Shown here: positions 14,753 to 24,673 of the stretch, piece after piece
How the letters are laid out: each line of letters begins with the position of its first letter
How positions within the stretch are numbered: the stretch's first letter is position 1
DNA from: Shigella phage ESh15
DNA: 64,000 bases
Sequence record: ON528725
Reading direction: 5' to 3' (one strand)
Translations under genes and position numbers: made by a program
The notes under the pieces: generated by a model
Seen by the model: the letters and a program-made list of their open reading frames with translations, nothing else
What the model was told of the DNA's origin: nothing
Database searches by the model: none

Positions 14753-14800
14753 TCTGGTTGGGGAGAAATCCCCAGCTTCCCGTGATGACGGAGAAGTCCA

Positions 14801-14808
14801 TATAAATA
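14801..14808 (+). promoter_or_regulatory. Late promoter TATAAATA upstream of gene 20
   Basis: Exact TATAAATA about 28 nt before the gene 20 start; preceded by GGGGA-GAAA-TCCCC hairpin. Confidence 0.7.
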
Positions 14809-14836
14809 TAACTATAATTCCCATTCGGAGAATACA

Positions 14837-16408
14837 ATGAAATTTAATATCTTAAGTTTGTTTGCTCCATGGGCAAAAATGGACGAACGTGATTACAAAG
14901 ACCAAGAAAAAGAAAATTTAGAATCGATCACCTCACCAAAATTAGATGACGGCGCTAAAGAATACGAAGTATCTGAAAATGAAGCACAGCAAACATATAA
15001 TGCTATGTTTCAGAGAATGTTCGGTAGCCAAGAACCAGGGCTCAAATCAACGCGTGAATTAATCGATACGTATCGAAATTTGATGACGAACTATGAAGTG
15101 GATAATGCAGTCTCTGAAATAGTTTCCGATGCTATCGTATATGAAGATGATACAGAAGTCGTTTCTATAAATTTAGACAACACAAAATTTAGTCCAAATA
15201 TCAAATCAATGATGTTGGATGAATTTAACGAAGTGTTAAATCATTTATCTTTCCAACGTAAAGGTTCAGACCATTTTAGACGTTGGTATGTAGATTCTCG
15301 AATTTTCTTCCATAAAATTATTGACCCTAAACGCCCTAAAGAAGGTATTAAAGAGCTTCGTCGTTTAGACCCACGTCAAGTTCAATATGTCCGTGAAGTT
15401 ATTACAACCACTGAAGCCGGTGTTAAAATAGTCAAGGGTTATAAAGAATATTTCATTTATGACACATCACACGAATCTTATGCTTGTGATGGTCGCATAT
15501 ATGAAGCTGGCACAAAAATAAAAATCCCTAAAGCCGCGATTGTTTATGCTCATTCTGGTTTAGTTGATTGTTGTGGTAAAAATATCATTGGTTATTTGCA
15601 TCGGGCTATTAAGCCGGCGAACCAATTAAAACTTCTTGAAGATGCCGTCGTAATTTATCGTATTACTCGTGCTCCAGATCGTCGTGTATGGTACGTTGAT
15701 ACAGGTAATATGCCTTCAAGAAAAGCAGCAGAACATATGCAACATGTTATGAATACGATGAAAAACCGTATTGCGTATGATGCTACTACAGGCAAGATTA
15801 AAAACCAGCAGCATATTATGTCGATGACCGAAGATTATTGGTTACAACGACGTGATGGTAAAGCAGTAACAGAAGTTGATACATTACCAGGTGCAGATAA
15901 TACTGGAAATATGGAAGATGTACGTTGGTTCCGTAATGCGCTTTATATGGCTTTACGTATTCCTATTACCCGTATTCCAAGCGACCAAGGTGGTATACAG
16001 TTTGATGCTGGTACTTCTATTACACGAGATGAATTGTCATTTGGTAAATTTATTCGTGAGCTGCAACATAAATTTGAAGAGATATTCCTAGACCCGCTTA
16101 AAACTAATTTAATTCTTAAAGGAATTATTACAGAAGATGAGTGGAATGATGAAATAAATAATATTAAGATAAAATTTCATCGGGATAGTTATTTCTCGGA
16201 ATTAAAGGATGCTGAGATTCTGGAGCGTCGCATTAATATGCTTCAGATGGCCGAACCATTTATTGGTAAATATATTTCTCACAGAACAGCTATGAAAGAT
16301 ATTCTTCAGATGTCTGACGAGGAAATTGAACAAGAGGCTAAGCAAATTGAAGAAGAGTCGAAAGAGGCTCGTTTCCAAGACCCCGACCAAGAACAAGAGG
16401 ATTTTTAA
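14837..16408 (+). CDS. 20: gp20 portal vertex protein
   Basis: 523 aa vs T4 524 aa; synteny. Confidence 0.95.
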   Translation: MKFNILSLFAPWAKMDERDYKDQEKENLESITSPKLDDGAKEYEVSENEAQQTYNAMFQRMFGSQEPGLKSTRELIDTYRNLMTNYEVDNAVSEIVSDAIVYEDDTEVVSINLDNTKFSPNIKSMMLDEFNEVLNHLSFQRKGSDHFRRWYVDSRIFFHKIIDPKRPKEGIKELRRLDPRQVQYVREVITTTEAGVKIVKGYKEYFIYDTSHESYACDGRIYEAGTKIKIPKAAIVYAHSGLVDCCGKNIIGYLHRAIKPANQLKLLEDAVVIYRITRAPDRRVWYVDTGNMPSRKAAEHMQHVMNTMKNRIAYDATTGKIKNQQHIMSMTEDYWLQRRDGKAVTEVDTLPGADNTGNMEDVRWFRNALYMALRIPITRIPSDQGGIQFDAGTSITRDELSFGKFIRELQHKFEEIFLDPLKTNLILKGIITEDEWNDEINNIKIKFHRDSYFSELKDAEILERRINMLQMAEPFIGKYISHRTAMKDILQMSDEEIEQEAKQIEEESKEARFQDPDQEQEDF

Positions 16409-16641
16409 TGGACGATTTAATTCAAGCTATTAAATCAAACGACCTCGTTGCTACTCGAAAGTTTTTTGAAAGTGCAATGGCAGAAAAAACGGTTCGTTTG
16501 ATTGAAGCACGCAAAGCAGAAATCGCTTCTCAATTTTTGATTGAAGGCGAAGAACCTGAAGAAGAAGAAAAGAAAGCTTCGGAAGACGACGCTGATGAAG
16601 GCGATGACGACGAAGACGAAGATGATGAGGACGACGAATAA
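16408..16641 (+). CDS. 67: gp67 prohead core protein (acidic C-terminus)
   Basis: 77 aa with poly-D/E tail; position between genes 20 and 68. Confidence 0.88.
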   Translation: MDDLIQAIKSNDLVATRKFFESAMAEKTVRLIEARKAEIASQFLIEGEEPEEEEKKASEDDADEGDDDEDEDDEDDE

Positions 16642-17066
16642 TGTATCTTATCCCTGAATCTTATGAATTGGTACTCGAAAATGTCGAAGCACTTATTCCT
16701 GAAGCACAGGGCCGAATCGATGCATTGTCTTCCGCTCTCGATATTGACGATATAAATACTATTATCGAGAACATGCTTGAAACTGAAACGGATTTAGCTG
16801 TTGCAATGGCTTCCATTATTAATGAAGAACAGTTAAATGAGTTTATCGTTAAACATGTTTCTTCTCGTGGTGAAGTCACCCGCACTAAAGACCGTAAAAC
16901 TCGTGAACGTAACGCGTTCCAAACAACCGGTCTTTCTAAAGCAAAACGTAGACAAATCGCTCGTAAGGTCGTTAAAGCTAAAAAAGCTAACCCTTCAGGC
17001 CAAGTTAAAGGCATGCGTAAGCGTAAAAAAGCTCTTAAACGTCGTAAAGCATTAGGATTAAGCTAA
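16641..17066 (+). CDS. 68: gp68 prohead core protein
   Basis: 141 aa, same as T4 gp68; synteny. Confidence 0.88.
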   Translation: MYLIPESYELVLENVEALIPEAQGRIDALSSALDIDDINTIIENMLETETDLAVAMASIINEEQLNEFIVKHVSSRGEVTRTKDRKTRERNAFQTTGLSKAKRRQIARKVVKAKKANPSGQVKGMRKRKKALKRRKALGLS

Positions 17067-17707
17067 TGAATAAACCCGAGTTACTTATTGAAACTTGGGG
17101 TCAACCCGGTGAGATTATTGATGGCGTTCCAATGTTGGAATCTCATGATGGAAAAGATTCTGGCTTAAAACCAGGGCTTTATATAGAAGGTATTTTTCTT
17201 CAGGCAGAGGTTGTTAACCGAAATAAACGTTTATATCCTAAACGCGTTTTGGAAAAAGCAGTAAGTGACTATATTAAAGAACAAGTCGCAACCAAACAAG
17301 CCCTTGGAGAATTAAACCATCCACCTCGCGCAAATGTTGACCCTATGCAAGCCGCTATCATTATTGAAGATATGTGGTGGAAAGGAAACGATGTATATGG
17401 ACGCGCTAGAATTATTGAAGGCGACCATGGTCCCGGCGATAAATTAGCTGCTAATATACGAGCTGGTTGGATTCCAGGTGTTTCCTCTCGTGGTCTTGGT
17501 TCTTTAACCGACACCAATAAAGGGTACCGTATCGTGAACGAAGGATTTAAATTAACCGTCGGCGTAGATGCCGTATGGGGACCTTCTGCTCCAGATGCTT
17601 GGGTTACTCCTAAACAAATATCAGAATCAGAAAATTCGGTGGAAATCACCAAAAACAGTGCTGATGAAGCATTTAAAGCTCTCGCAGAGAGTTTAAAAGC
17701 ATTATAA
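17066..17707 (+). CDS. 21: gp21 prohead core protease
   Basis: 213 aa; near-identical to recalled T4 gp21. Confidence 0.95.
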   Translation: MNKPELLIETWGQPGEIIDGVPMLESHDGKDSGLKPGLYIEGIFLQAEVVNRNKRLYPKRVLEKAVSDYIKEQVATKQALGELNHPPRANVDPMQAAIIIEDMWWKGNDVYGRARIIEGDHGPGDKLAANIRAGWIPGVSSRGLGSLTDTNKGYRIVNEGFKLTVGVDAVWGPSAPDAWVTPKQISESENSVEITKNSADEAFKALAESLKAL

Positions 17708-17710
17708 ATA
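17703..17710 (+). promoter_or_regulatory. Late promoter TATAAATA upstream of gene 22
   Basis: Exact TATAAATA overlapping the gene 21 stop, about 30 nt before the gene 22 start. Confidence 0.65.
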
Positions 17711-17740
17711 ATAATGTAATCTAAACCACAGGACACTAAA

Positions 17741-18553
17741 ATGATCAAAGAACAACTTTTGAAAGAAGCTCAGAATATCGAGACTTCAGTTGCTCTTAAT
17801 AGTGTTTTCGAATCAGTAGAACTGTCTCCGGACGTTAAAGCTAATTTCAGCACTGTATTCGAAGCCACCGTTAAGCAGGAAGCAGTCAAACTAGCTGAAT
17901 CTCATATCAAAGCTATCGCCGAAAAAGCCGAAGAAGAAGTTGAAAAGGCTAAAGAAGATGCTGAAGAGAAAGCTGATAAAAAATTGGCTGAACAAGCTTC
18001 TAAATTCCTGGACCATCTTGCAAAAGAATGGCTCGCAGAAAACCAAATCGCAGTTGATAAAGGCATTAAAGCTGATTTGTTTGAATCCATGCTTGGTGGT
18101 CTGAAAGAACTGTTTGTTGAACATAACGTTGTTGTTCCAGAAGAATCTGTAGATGTTGTAGCAGAAATGGAAGAAGAGCTGGCCGAACATAAAGAAGAAA
18201 CCGCTCGTTTGTTCGAAGAAGTTACCAAACGTGATGCATATATCAATTACGTTCAGCGTGAAACCGCTATTAATGAAAGCGTAAAAGACCTGACTGAATC
18301 TCAGAAAGAAAAAGTTATTGGCCTGGTTGAAGGTATGGATTATTCTGACGCATTTGGTACTAAGTTAACTGCTATTGTAGAAATGGTTAAAGGTTCTACT
18401 AAAGAAGAAGCCGCTATTACCGAAAGTATAAATACAGTTGACAATGACGCTGCCGGTCTTAATTTTGTTGCCGAAGCAGTTGACACTACCACAACTCAGG
18501 TAGAACAGAATTCTAATGTAAGTTTATATGCGAAAGTCGCATCTCGTTTCTAA
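17741..18553 (+). CDS. 22: gp22 prohead core scaffold protein
   Basis: 270 aa, acidic coiled-coil-like; synteny. Confidence 0.93.
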   Translation: MIKEQLLKEAQNIETSVALNSVFESVELSPDVKANFSTVFEATVKQEAVKLAESHIKAIAEKAEEEVEKAKEDAEEKADKKLAEQASKFLDHLAKEWLAENQIAVDKGIKADLFESMLGGLKELFVEHNVVVPEESVDVVAEMEEELAEHKEETARLFEEVTKRDAYINYVQRETAINESVKDLTESQKEKVIGLVEGMDYSDAFGTKLTAIVEMVKGSTKEEAAITESINTVDNDAAGLNFVAEAVDTTTTQVEQNSNVSLYAKVASRF

Positions 18554-18570
18554 TTTAAAGGTTAACACAA

Positions 18571-20139
18571 ATGACTACTATCAAAACTAAAGCTCAGCTC
18601 GTAGACAAATGGAAAGAACTGCTGGAAGGTGAAGGCCTGCCGGAAATCGCTAATAGCAAGCAGGCTATTATCGCTAAAATCTTCGAAAACCAGGAAAAAG
18701 ATTTCGAAGTATCCCCTGAATATAAAGACGAGAAAATCGCTCAGGCATTTGGTTCTTTCTTGACCGAAGCTGAAATTGGTGGTGACCACGGTTATAATGC
18801 TCAGAACATCGCAGCAGGTCAAACCTCTGGTGCAGTAACCCAAATTGGGCCGGCAGTTATGGGTATGGTTCGTCGTGCTATTCCTAATCTGATTGCTTTT
18901 GATATTTGTGGTGTTCAGCCTATGAACAGCCCGACCGGTCAGGTATTTGCTCTCCGTGCAGTATATGGTAAAGACCCTATCGCTGCTGGCGCTAAAGAAG
19001 CTTTCCATCCGATGTATGCTCCGGATGCAATGTTCTCTGGTCAGGGTGCTGCTAAGAAATTCCCAGCTCTGGCTGCTAGCACACAAACCACAGTAGGTGA
19101 TATCTATACTCACTTCTTCCAGGAAACTGGTACTGTATATCTGCAAGCTTCTGTTCAAGTAACAATCGATGCCGGTGCAACTGATGCTGCTAAATTAGAT
19201 GCCGAAGTTAAGAAACAAATGGAAGCTGGTGCACTGGTAGAAATCGCTGAAGGTATGGCTACTTCTATCGCTGAACTCCAGGAAGGTTTCAACGGTTCTA
19301 CCGATAACCCATGGAATGAAATGGGCTTCCGTATCGATAAACAAGTTATCGAAGCTAAATCTCGCCAGCTGAAAGCTGCTTACTCTATCGAATTAGCACA
19401 AGACCTCCGTGCAGTACACGGTATGGATGCTGATGCTGAACTGAGCGGTATTCTGGCTACAGAAATTATGCTAGAAATCAACCGTGAAGTTGTTGATTGG
19501 ATTAACTACTCAGCACAGGTTGGTAAATCTGGTATGACCCTGACTCCGGGTTCTAAAGCCGGTGTATTTGACTTCCAGGACCCGATTGATATCCGTGGTG
19601 CTCGTTGGGCCGGTGAAAGCTTTAAATCTCTGTTGTTCCAGATTGATAAAGAAGCAGTTGAAATTGCTCGTCAAACCGGTCGTGGTGAAGGTAACTTCAT
19701 TATCGCTTCCCGTAACGTAGTTAACGTACTGGCTTCAGTTGATACTGGTATTTCTTACGCTGCACAGGGTCTGGCTTCTGGTTTTAATACCGACACTACT
19801 AAGTCTGTATTTGCCGGTGTACTTGGTGGTAAATACCGCGTATACATCGACCAGTATGCTAAACAGGATTACTTCACCGTTGGTTACAAAGGCGCTAACG
19901 AAATGGATGCAGGTATCTACTATGCTCCTTACGTTGCACTTACCCCACTGCGTGGTTCCGATCCTAAGAACTTCCAGCCGGTAATGGGCTTTAAAACTCG
20001 TTACGGTATCGGTGTTAACCCGTTTGCTGAAAGTTCCCTGCAGGCTCCAGGTGCTCGCATCCAGTCCGGTATGCCGTCTATCCTGAACAGCCTTGGTAAG
20101 AACGCTTACTTCCGCCGTGTATATGTAAAAGGCATCTAA
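18571..20139 (+). CDS. 23: gp23 major capsid protein
   Basis: 522 aa; long stretches identical to recalled T4 gp23. Confidence 0.98.
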   Translation: MTTIKTKAQLVDKWKELLEGEGLPEIANSKQAIIAKIFENQEKDFEVSPEYKDEKIAQAFGSFLTEAEIGGDHGYNAQNIAAGQTSGAVTQIGPAVMGMVRRAIPNLIAFDICGVQPMNSPTGQVFALRAVYGKDPIAAGAKEAFHPMYAPDAMFSGQGAAKKFPALAASTQTTVGDIYTHFFQETGTVYLQASVQVTIDAGATDAAKLDAEVKKQMEAGALVEIAEGMATSIAELQEGFNGSTDNPWNEMGFRIDKQVIEAKSRQLKAAYSIELAQDLRAVHGMDADAELSGILATEIMLEINREVVDWINYSAQVGKSGMTLTPGSKAGVFDFQDPIDIRGARWAGESFKSLLFQIDKEAVEIARQTGRGEGNFIIASRNVVNVLASVDTGISYAAQGLASGFNTDTTKSVFAGVLGGKYRVYIDQYAKQDYFTVGYKGANEMDAGIYYAPYVALTPLRGSDPKNFQPVMGFKTRYGIGVNPFAESSLQAPGARIQSGMPSILNSLGKNAYFRRVYVKGI

Positions 20140-20163
20140 TCTTAATTGATTAAATCTTATTTT

Positions 20164-20193
20164 GGGAGACTTCGGTCTCCCATTTTTGGTTTT
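20164..20193 (+). terminator. Strong rho-independent terminator after gene 23: GGGAGAC-TTCG-GTCTCCC plus ATTTTTGGTTTT
   Basis: Perfect 7-bp GC-rich stem, UUCG loop, U-run. Confidence 0.85.
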
Positions 20194-20461
20194 ATTTCTG
20201 TGCAATTTTGATGTAAGTTTTCAAAATATTTTGCCAATTAGGCATACCTTCTTGGACATATGCCGGAGAACCGTCTTTGTTTTTGAATGATGCAAGTTTA
20301 TCAGTGGCCCAATAACCTTTAGCTCGAGCTTCAGAATCAACTTTCATCCATACTTTGTTGAAGGCATTACCATTAACTTTTGCACCGTATTTTTCTACTA
20401 ACTTAACGGCTTCAGCTTCCAGAACTTTTAAAGTATCTCTTAAGAAACGTGCTTTAGTCAT
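20192..20461 (-). CDS. Hypothetical 89-aa protein, antisense to the flanking late genes, at the position where T4 carries segD
   Basis: ORF with GAGGAG RBS 8 nt upstream and an early-type promoter motif upstream; no family recognised. Confidence 0.6.
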   Translation of the reverse strand: MTKARFLRDTLKVLEAEAVKLVEKYGAKVNGNAFNKVWMKVDSEARAKGYWATDKLASFKNKDGSPAYVQEGMPNWQNILKTYIKIAQK

Positions 20462-20490
20462 TTTGTTTACTCCTCTGTAGTTGATAAGTC

Positions 20491-20521
20491 TATAGTATCA
20501 CATACCAAATACGTTGTAAAC
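20491..20521 (-). promoter_or_regulatory. Early-type promoter (GTTTAC-N18-TACTAT) for the 89-aa minus-strand ORF
   Basis: Minus-strand reading GTTTACaacgtatttggtatgtgaTACTATagac. Confidence 0.5.
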
Positions 20522-20527
20522 AATCTT

Positions 20528-20535
20528 TATAAATA
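20528..20535 (+). promoter_or_regulatory. Late promoter TATAAATA upstream of gene 24
   Basis: Exact TATAAATA 26 nt before the gene 24 start. Confidence 0.7.
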
Positions 20536-20561
20536 ATCTATATCACATAAGGAAAAATGCA

Positions 20562-21842
20562 ATGAGTAAAATCCAAAAATTATTGCGTGAATCTACAACG
20601 TCTACTAGCAACTCAATCGGTCGCCCAAATCTCGTTGCTTTGACTCGCGCTACGACTAAATTAATATATTCTGACATTGTGGCAACACAAAGAACTAACC
20701 AACCTGTTGCTGCTTTTTATGGTATTAAATATCTTAACCCAGACAACGAATTAACATTTAAAACTGGTGCTACTTATGCAGGTGAAGCTGGATATGTAGA
20801 CCGAGAAAAAATTACTGAGCTCACAGAAGAATCAAAAGCCACACTAAATAAAGGTGATTTTTTCAAATATAATAATATCGTCTATAAAGTGTTAGAAGAT
20901 ACACCGTTTGCAGATATTCAGGAAAGTGATCTAGAATTAGCTCTTCAGATTGCGGTCGTTCATTTAAAGGTACGGTTATTTTCGGATGCAGCGGTAACAA
21001 GCAAATTTGAAAGCTCTGGTAGCGAAATTTCTGATGCAAGATTCCAGATTAATAAATGGCAAACTTCAGTCAAATCTCGTAAACTTAAAACCGGCCTCAC
21101 GGTTGAATTAGCGCAAGATTTAGAAGCGAATGGATTTGATGCCCCTAACTTCTTAGAAGATTTGCTTGCTACTGAAATGGCTGATGAAATTAATAAAGAT
21201 ATTCTTCAATCTTTAATTACTGTATCGAAACGTTATAAAGTTACTGGAATTACTGACACCGGATTTATTGACTTGAGCTATGCGTCTGCTCCGGAAGCAG
21301 GTCGTTCGTTATATCGAATGGTGTGTGAAATGGTATCACACATTCAAAAAGAGTCAACTTATACTGCAACGTTTTGTGTAGCTTCAGCTCGTGCAGCTGC
21401 TATTCTTGCTGCTTCGGGTTGGTTAAAACATAAGCCGGAAGATGATAAGTATCTTTCACAAAATGCTTATGGATTCTTGGCAAATGGATTACCTCTTTAC
21501 TGCGATACCAACAGTCCGTTAGATTATGTTATTGTGGGTGTTGTAGAAAATATCGGCGAAAAAGAGATTGTAGGGTCCATCTTTTATGCTCCATACACTG
21601 AAGGAATGGATTTAGACGACCCGGAACATGTTGGTGCATTTAAAGTTGTAGTTGATCCGGAAAGCTTACAACCGTCTATAGGTTTATTGGTTAGATATGC
21701 TTTATCAGCAAATCCTTACACAGTAGCAAAAGATGAAAAAGAAGCGAGAGTAATTGATGGCGGGGACATGGATAAAATGGCAGGACGTTCAGACTTGTCT
21801 GTTTTACTCGGTGTTAAATTGCCTAAAATTATTATAGATTAA
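20562..21842 (+). CDS. 24: gp24 capsid vertex protein
   Basis: 426 aa; near-identical to recalled T4 gp24. Confidence 0.96.
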   Translation: MSKIQKLLRESTTSTSNSIGRPNLVALTRATTKLIYSDIVATQRTNQPVAAFYGIKYLNPDNELTFKTGATYAGEAGYVDREKITELTEESKATLNKGDFFKYNNIVYKVLEDTPFADIQESDLELALQIAVVHLKVRLFSDAAVTSKFESSGSEISDARFQINKWQTSVKSRKLKTGLTVELAQDLEANGFDAPNFLEDLLATEMADEINKDILQSLITVSKRYKVTGITDTGFIDLSYASAPEAGRSLYRMVCEMVSHIQKESTYTATFCVASARAAAILAASGWLKHKPEDDKYLSQNAYGFLANGLPLYCDTNSPLDYVIVGVVENIGEKEIVGSIFYAPYTEGMDLDDPEHVGAFKVVVDPESLQPSIGLLVRYALSANPYTVAKDEKEARVIDGGDMDKMAGRSDLSVLLGVKLPKIIID

Positions 21843-21843
21843 T

Positions 21844-21871
21844 AAAAAGGGACCGTAAGGTCCCTTTTTCG
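21844..21871. terminator. Bidirectional terminator between gene 24 (+) and rnlB (-)
   Basis: AAAAA-GGGACC-GTAA-GGTCCC-TTTTT: A-run, stem-loop, T-run. Confidence 0.8.
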
Positions 21872-22870
21872 TTATGATACTAATTCAATCCATGCAGGAC
21901 GCAGAACATCTTGCACCATTCGGACTAATTCTTTCTTAACAAGATTCGGATTATCAGATGATGTTAATACAATACCTTCACGAGAAGTTTCTTCCAGAAT
22001 ATCTTGAACAGTCAATCCCATCACTTTGCCAAAATCTTTCGGCGTTACAGTCCCAATCTTAGAAATAACATTATTAACACGATTTAATGTAACATAACAA
22101 GCTAGAACATCAAGCAAGTTTTTGTCAATTTCGGTTAATGGAACCTGAGTTTTAATAGGCTTATCAGACTTTTTCTTTTCACTAAATTTAGAGTTCTTGC
22201 ACTTAATAGCTACACGAGTACCGTTTGGCAGCCATTTAGGGAAACAAGGCTTCAGAACATAACCTTCCGCAGTATTATCACCAATAACATTAGCATCAAA
22301 TACGCAATTATTTGCTTCGACAAGGTCTTCCGATGCCGTAGCGTTATAAGCGGCTAAAACGGAATCAAGGTCATTTGGAATCATGATAAGAGCATCAAAT
22401 GTTCCACGGCCAAGCATTGGTGCCATTTTAAAACCGAATTCATTACAGAAATCTTGCATTTCGTAATCGGTCAAATACGTATTATCACCACTTTCTGTAT
22501 TGATAATGATATCGAACACATAAAAATCTTTTTCACCGTAGTCAACACCTTTCTGGATTCCACCACCAGCGAATTCACCGAATACTTGATATGATACGGC
22601 TCGAGCTGTGTACATGAATTCCTGAACGGCTTTAATAGCTTTATCATACTTCTTGAGTACGATTTCATAACCATAAAAATCTTCTGCTGGAAGAATAGGG
22701 CCTGTGCGCTTGGCGCATGTGACGTTGTCACGTTCAATTATTAACGAGAAGTTAGTCCCATGGATTTTCTCACGTGCTACCCAAACACCAGTAGTCAAAC
22801 CATTAGTGTAGAGTTTTTCAATAAACTTAGAGTTGTAGTGGTTTTCAAGACTGCTGTATTTCTTAAACAT
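21872..22870 (-). CDS. rnlB: RNA ligase 2 (RnlB)
   Basis: 332 aa; near-identical to recalled T4 Rnl2 including KIHGTNFS ligase motif I. Confidence 0.95.
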   Translation of the reverse strand: MFKKYSSLENHYNSKFIEKLYTNGLTTGVWVAREKIHGTNFSLIIERDNVTCAKRTGPILPAEDFYGYEIVLKKYDKAIKAVQEFMYTARAVSYQVFGEFAGGGIQKGVDYGEKDFYVFDIIINTESGDNTYLTDYEMQDFCNEFGFKMAPMLGRGTFDALIMIPNDLDSVLAAYNATASEDLVEANNCVFDANVIGDNTAEGYVLKPCFPKWLPNGTRVAIKCKNSKFSEKKKSDKPIKTQVPLTEIDKNLLDVLACYVTLNRVNNVISKIGTVTPKDFGKVMGLTVQDILEETSREGIVLTSSDNPNLVKKELVRMVQDVLRPAWIELVS

Positions 22871-22961
22871 AAATCACCATTATAAATAATAATATCAAAA
22901 TAATTAGCAGAGACTCTATCTCCGACCAGATGTTTAATTTGAATGGATAGAACCTAGATTC

Positions 22962-22987
22962 ATTATACCATCAAAAAATGTAAAGCA
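22962..22987 (-). promoter_or_regulatory. Candidate MotA-dependent middle promoter for rnlB
   Basis: Minus-strand reading aaTGCTTTAcattttttgatggTATAATg: MotA box about 13 nt upstream of a perfect TATAAT. Confidence 0.55.
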
Positions 22988-22989
22988 TA

Positions 22990-23241
22990 TTAGAACTTGA
23001 TTTCTATCCAATGCCCATCACGTTGGTCATGATTAATTTTGTACTGAAAGCCATTATCACGAAGCCATTGACCTACTTGCTCGGTGATAGTTAAATCATT
23101 CTTTGATGGATAGTACGTGAATTGTGTCTGACCTTTGTCAGCGGCTTTCTCTGCCATCACAGAGAAGTTAGTAATAAAATCACTCAACAAATTAGCTTTA
23201 GTGGCCAGAGCCCTTTCTCTTAATTCCTGTGCAAAACTCAT
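22990..23241 (-). CDS. Hypothetical protein (position of T4 24.2)
   Basis: 83-aa ORF, coupled to the upstream gene by start/stop overlap. Confidence 0.6.
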   Translation of the reverse strand: MSFAQELRERALATKANLLSDFITNFSVMAEKAADKGQTQFTYYPSKNDLTITEQVGQWLRDNGFQYKINHDQRDGHWIEIKF

Positions 23242-23438
23242 TTCTTCACCTTTTTGTTAATCAAACGTTTACGGTATACAACTTTTTCTTTTGCTTTAAA
23301 CTTTGACCGAGCTGTCTCGGCTTTAGTCCATAGTAATCCAACTTCTTTAGGTTGTAAACCAATTTTTTGAGCAATTTCTACGAATGAAAATCCCGCCTCG
23401 TGTAATGTATAAACTTCAACTTCAGCTCTCATAATCAA
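23238..23438 (-). CDS. Hypothetical small basic protein (position of T4 24.3)
   Basis: 66-aa ORF with AGGA RBS; lysine-rich C-terminus. Confidence 0.6.
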   Translation of the reverse strand: MIMRAEVEVYTLHEAGFSFVEIAQKIGLQPKEVGLLWTKAETARSKFKAKEKVVYRKRLINKKVKK

Positions 23439-23498
23439 TCCTGTATTATTTGGTTTGTGCCATTATATACATCGATCTCAAGTTGTGTTTTGTATGCT

Positions 23499-23527
23499 TT
23501 AAAAACGAAGAAAGGGGCCGAAGCCCC
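23499..23527 (-). terminator. Rho-independent terminator after hoc (minus strand)
   Basis: Minus-strand GGGGC-TTCG-GCCCC followed by TTTCTTCGTTTTT. Confidence 0.75.
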
Positions 23528-23533
23528 TTACGA

Positions 23534-24664
23534 TTATGGATATGTATAGATGATACCAGTTTCCAAAGCAGTTTTATGGATGATGTATCCATTACGTGAT
23601 TCTTGAACATCAACTTCTGGATAGTCTTTCAACATCTTTTGGAGAGTGTAACGATGCAAGTAGTACTTACTATCTGGATCGTCAGTTTTCCAATCTTTAC
23701 CTTCTTCAGTCATTTTTTGGATTTCATCCATAACCCACCAACCGCACCAGATGTAAGCTGAAGTACGGTGTGGAAGAGGATGAACATAAGGCAATTCACC
23801 TTCTGGTTCCGGAGCAACTTTATCAGTCACTTGAACTTGACCTTCTGCTGTAATAGTTTTGCTATCATAATCAGCAGCAGTAACAGTTGCAGTAACTTCA
23901 ATAGTTTGACTTCCAACAGATGAAGTATCAACGGTATATACATTAGTCGACCCTTCTACAGGAGAAGAATCTTTCTTCCATGAATATGCAATTTGCGCTT
24001 CTTCTGGAGCATCAGTGACATTAGCGGTAAATGTAGCTGAAGCATCTTGCTGAACGTTAATAGAAGGAGGAGTCAATGTAACCTGTGGATTCATTGTCTT
24101 CTTATTAACCGTTAATGATACTTCATTCGAAGTAACTTCCTTTGCATCATAATCTGTCGCAGTTACTTGGGCTACACATTTAATTCTTTTTACACCACTT
24201 GTAGTTGGAGTATAGCTAAATGTAGAGTTAGTTTCTCCACCAACCTGTGAATCATCTACATACCACTGATACGTAGCAGATGCTCCAGCCGGTTGAGAAG
24301 CTAAGGCAGCAGTAAATTGAACTGGGGTTCCAATTACTCCAGCTGAAGGACTATTGGGAGTTACTGCCAACGTAGTTGTCTGAGTTTTATTTTTAACCGT
24401 GATAGTCGTAGTAATTTCTGCTGTTTCTGCGTCAGTATCAGGAATAGTATTTGTTGCAACAACTTTAATTGTTTTTGTTCCAGCAGGTCCTTTTAACACA
24501 TAATCAAAAGTTTCTGCCGATCCTACTTGAGGAGCACCGTCTACACTCCATGCATAGGTAATAGTTCCACCTCCAGTTTCACCACTTGGAGTAGCAGTAA
24601 ACTGCTTAGTCTCATCGATAACTCCAGTAGGTGTTTTAGGAGTTATATCAACTGTAAAAGCCAT
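23534..24664 (-). CDS. hoc: Hoc, highly immunogenic outer capsid protein (Ig-like domains)
   Basis: 376 aa as in T4; near-identical to recalled T4 Hoc. Confidence 0.95.
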   Translation of the reverse strand: MAFTVDITPKTPTGVIDETKQFTATPSGETGGGTITYAWSVDGAPQVGSAETFDYVLKGPAGTKTIKVVATNTIPDTDAETAEITTTITVKNKTQTTTLAVTPNSPSAGVIGTPVQFTAALASQPAGASATYQWYVDDSQVGGETNSTFSYTPTTSGVKRIKCVAQVTATDYDAKEVTSNEVSLTVNKKTMNPQVTLTPPSINVQQDASATFTANVTDAPEEAQIAYSWKKDSSPVEGSTNVYTVDTSSVGSQTIEVTATVTAADYDSKTITAEGQVQVTDKVAPEPEGELPYVHPLPHRTSAYIWCGWWVMDEIQKMTEEGKDWKTDDPDSKYYLHRYTLQKMLKDYPEVDVQESRNGYIIHKTALETGIIYTYP

Positions 24665-24673
24665 AAGTTATCC

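Noticed and set aside
12539-14824. Alternative-frame ORFs within genes 18 and 19 (12539-12730, 12919-13149, 13128-13328, 13598-13891, 14294-14824, 14487-14726)
   Set aside because: Embedded in the tail sheath and tube genes, which match T4 in the annotated frame; translations are low-complexity.
17891-18246. Minus-strand ORFs of 99 and 114 aa inside gene 22
   Set aside because: Fully embedded antisense in a well-conserved structural gene, low-complexity Ser/Phe-rich translations, no RBS; typical of frame artefacts opposite an acidic repetitive gene.
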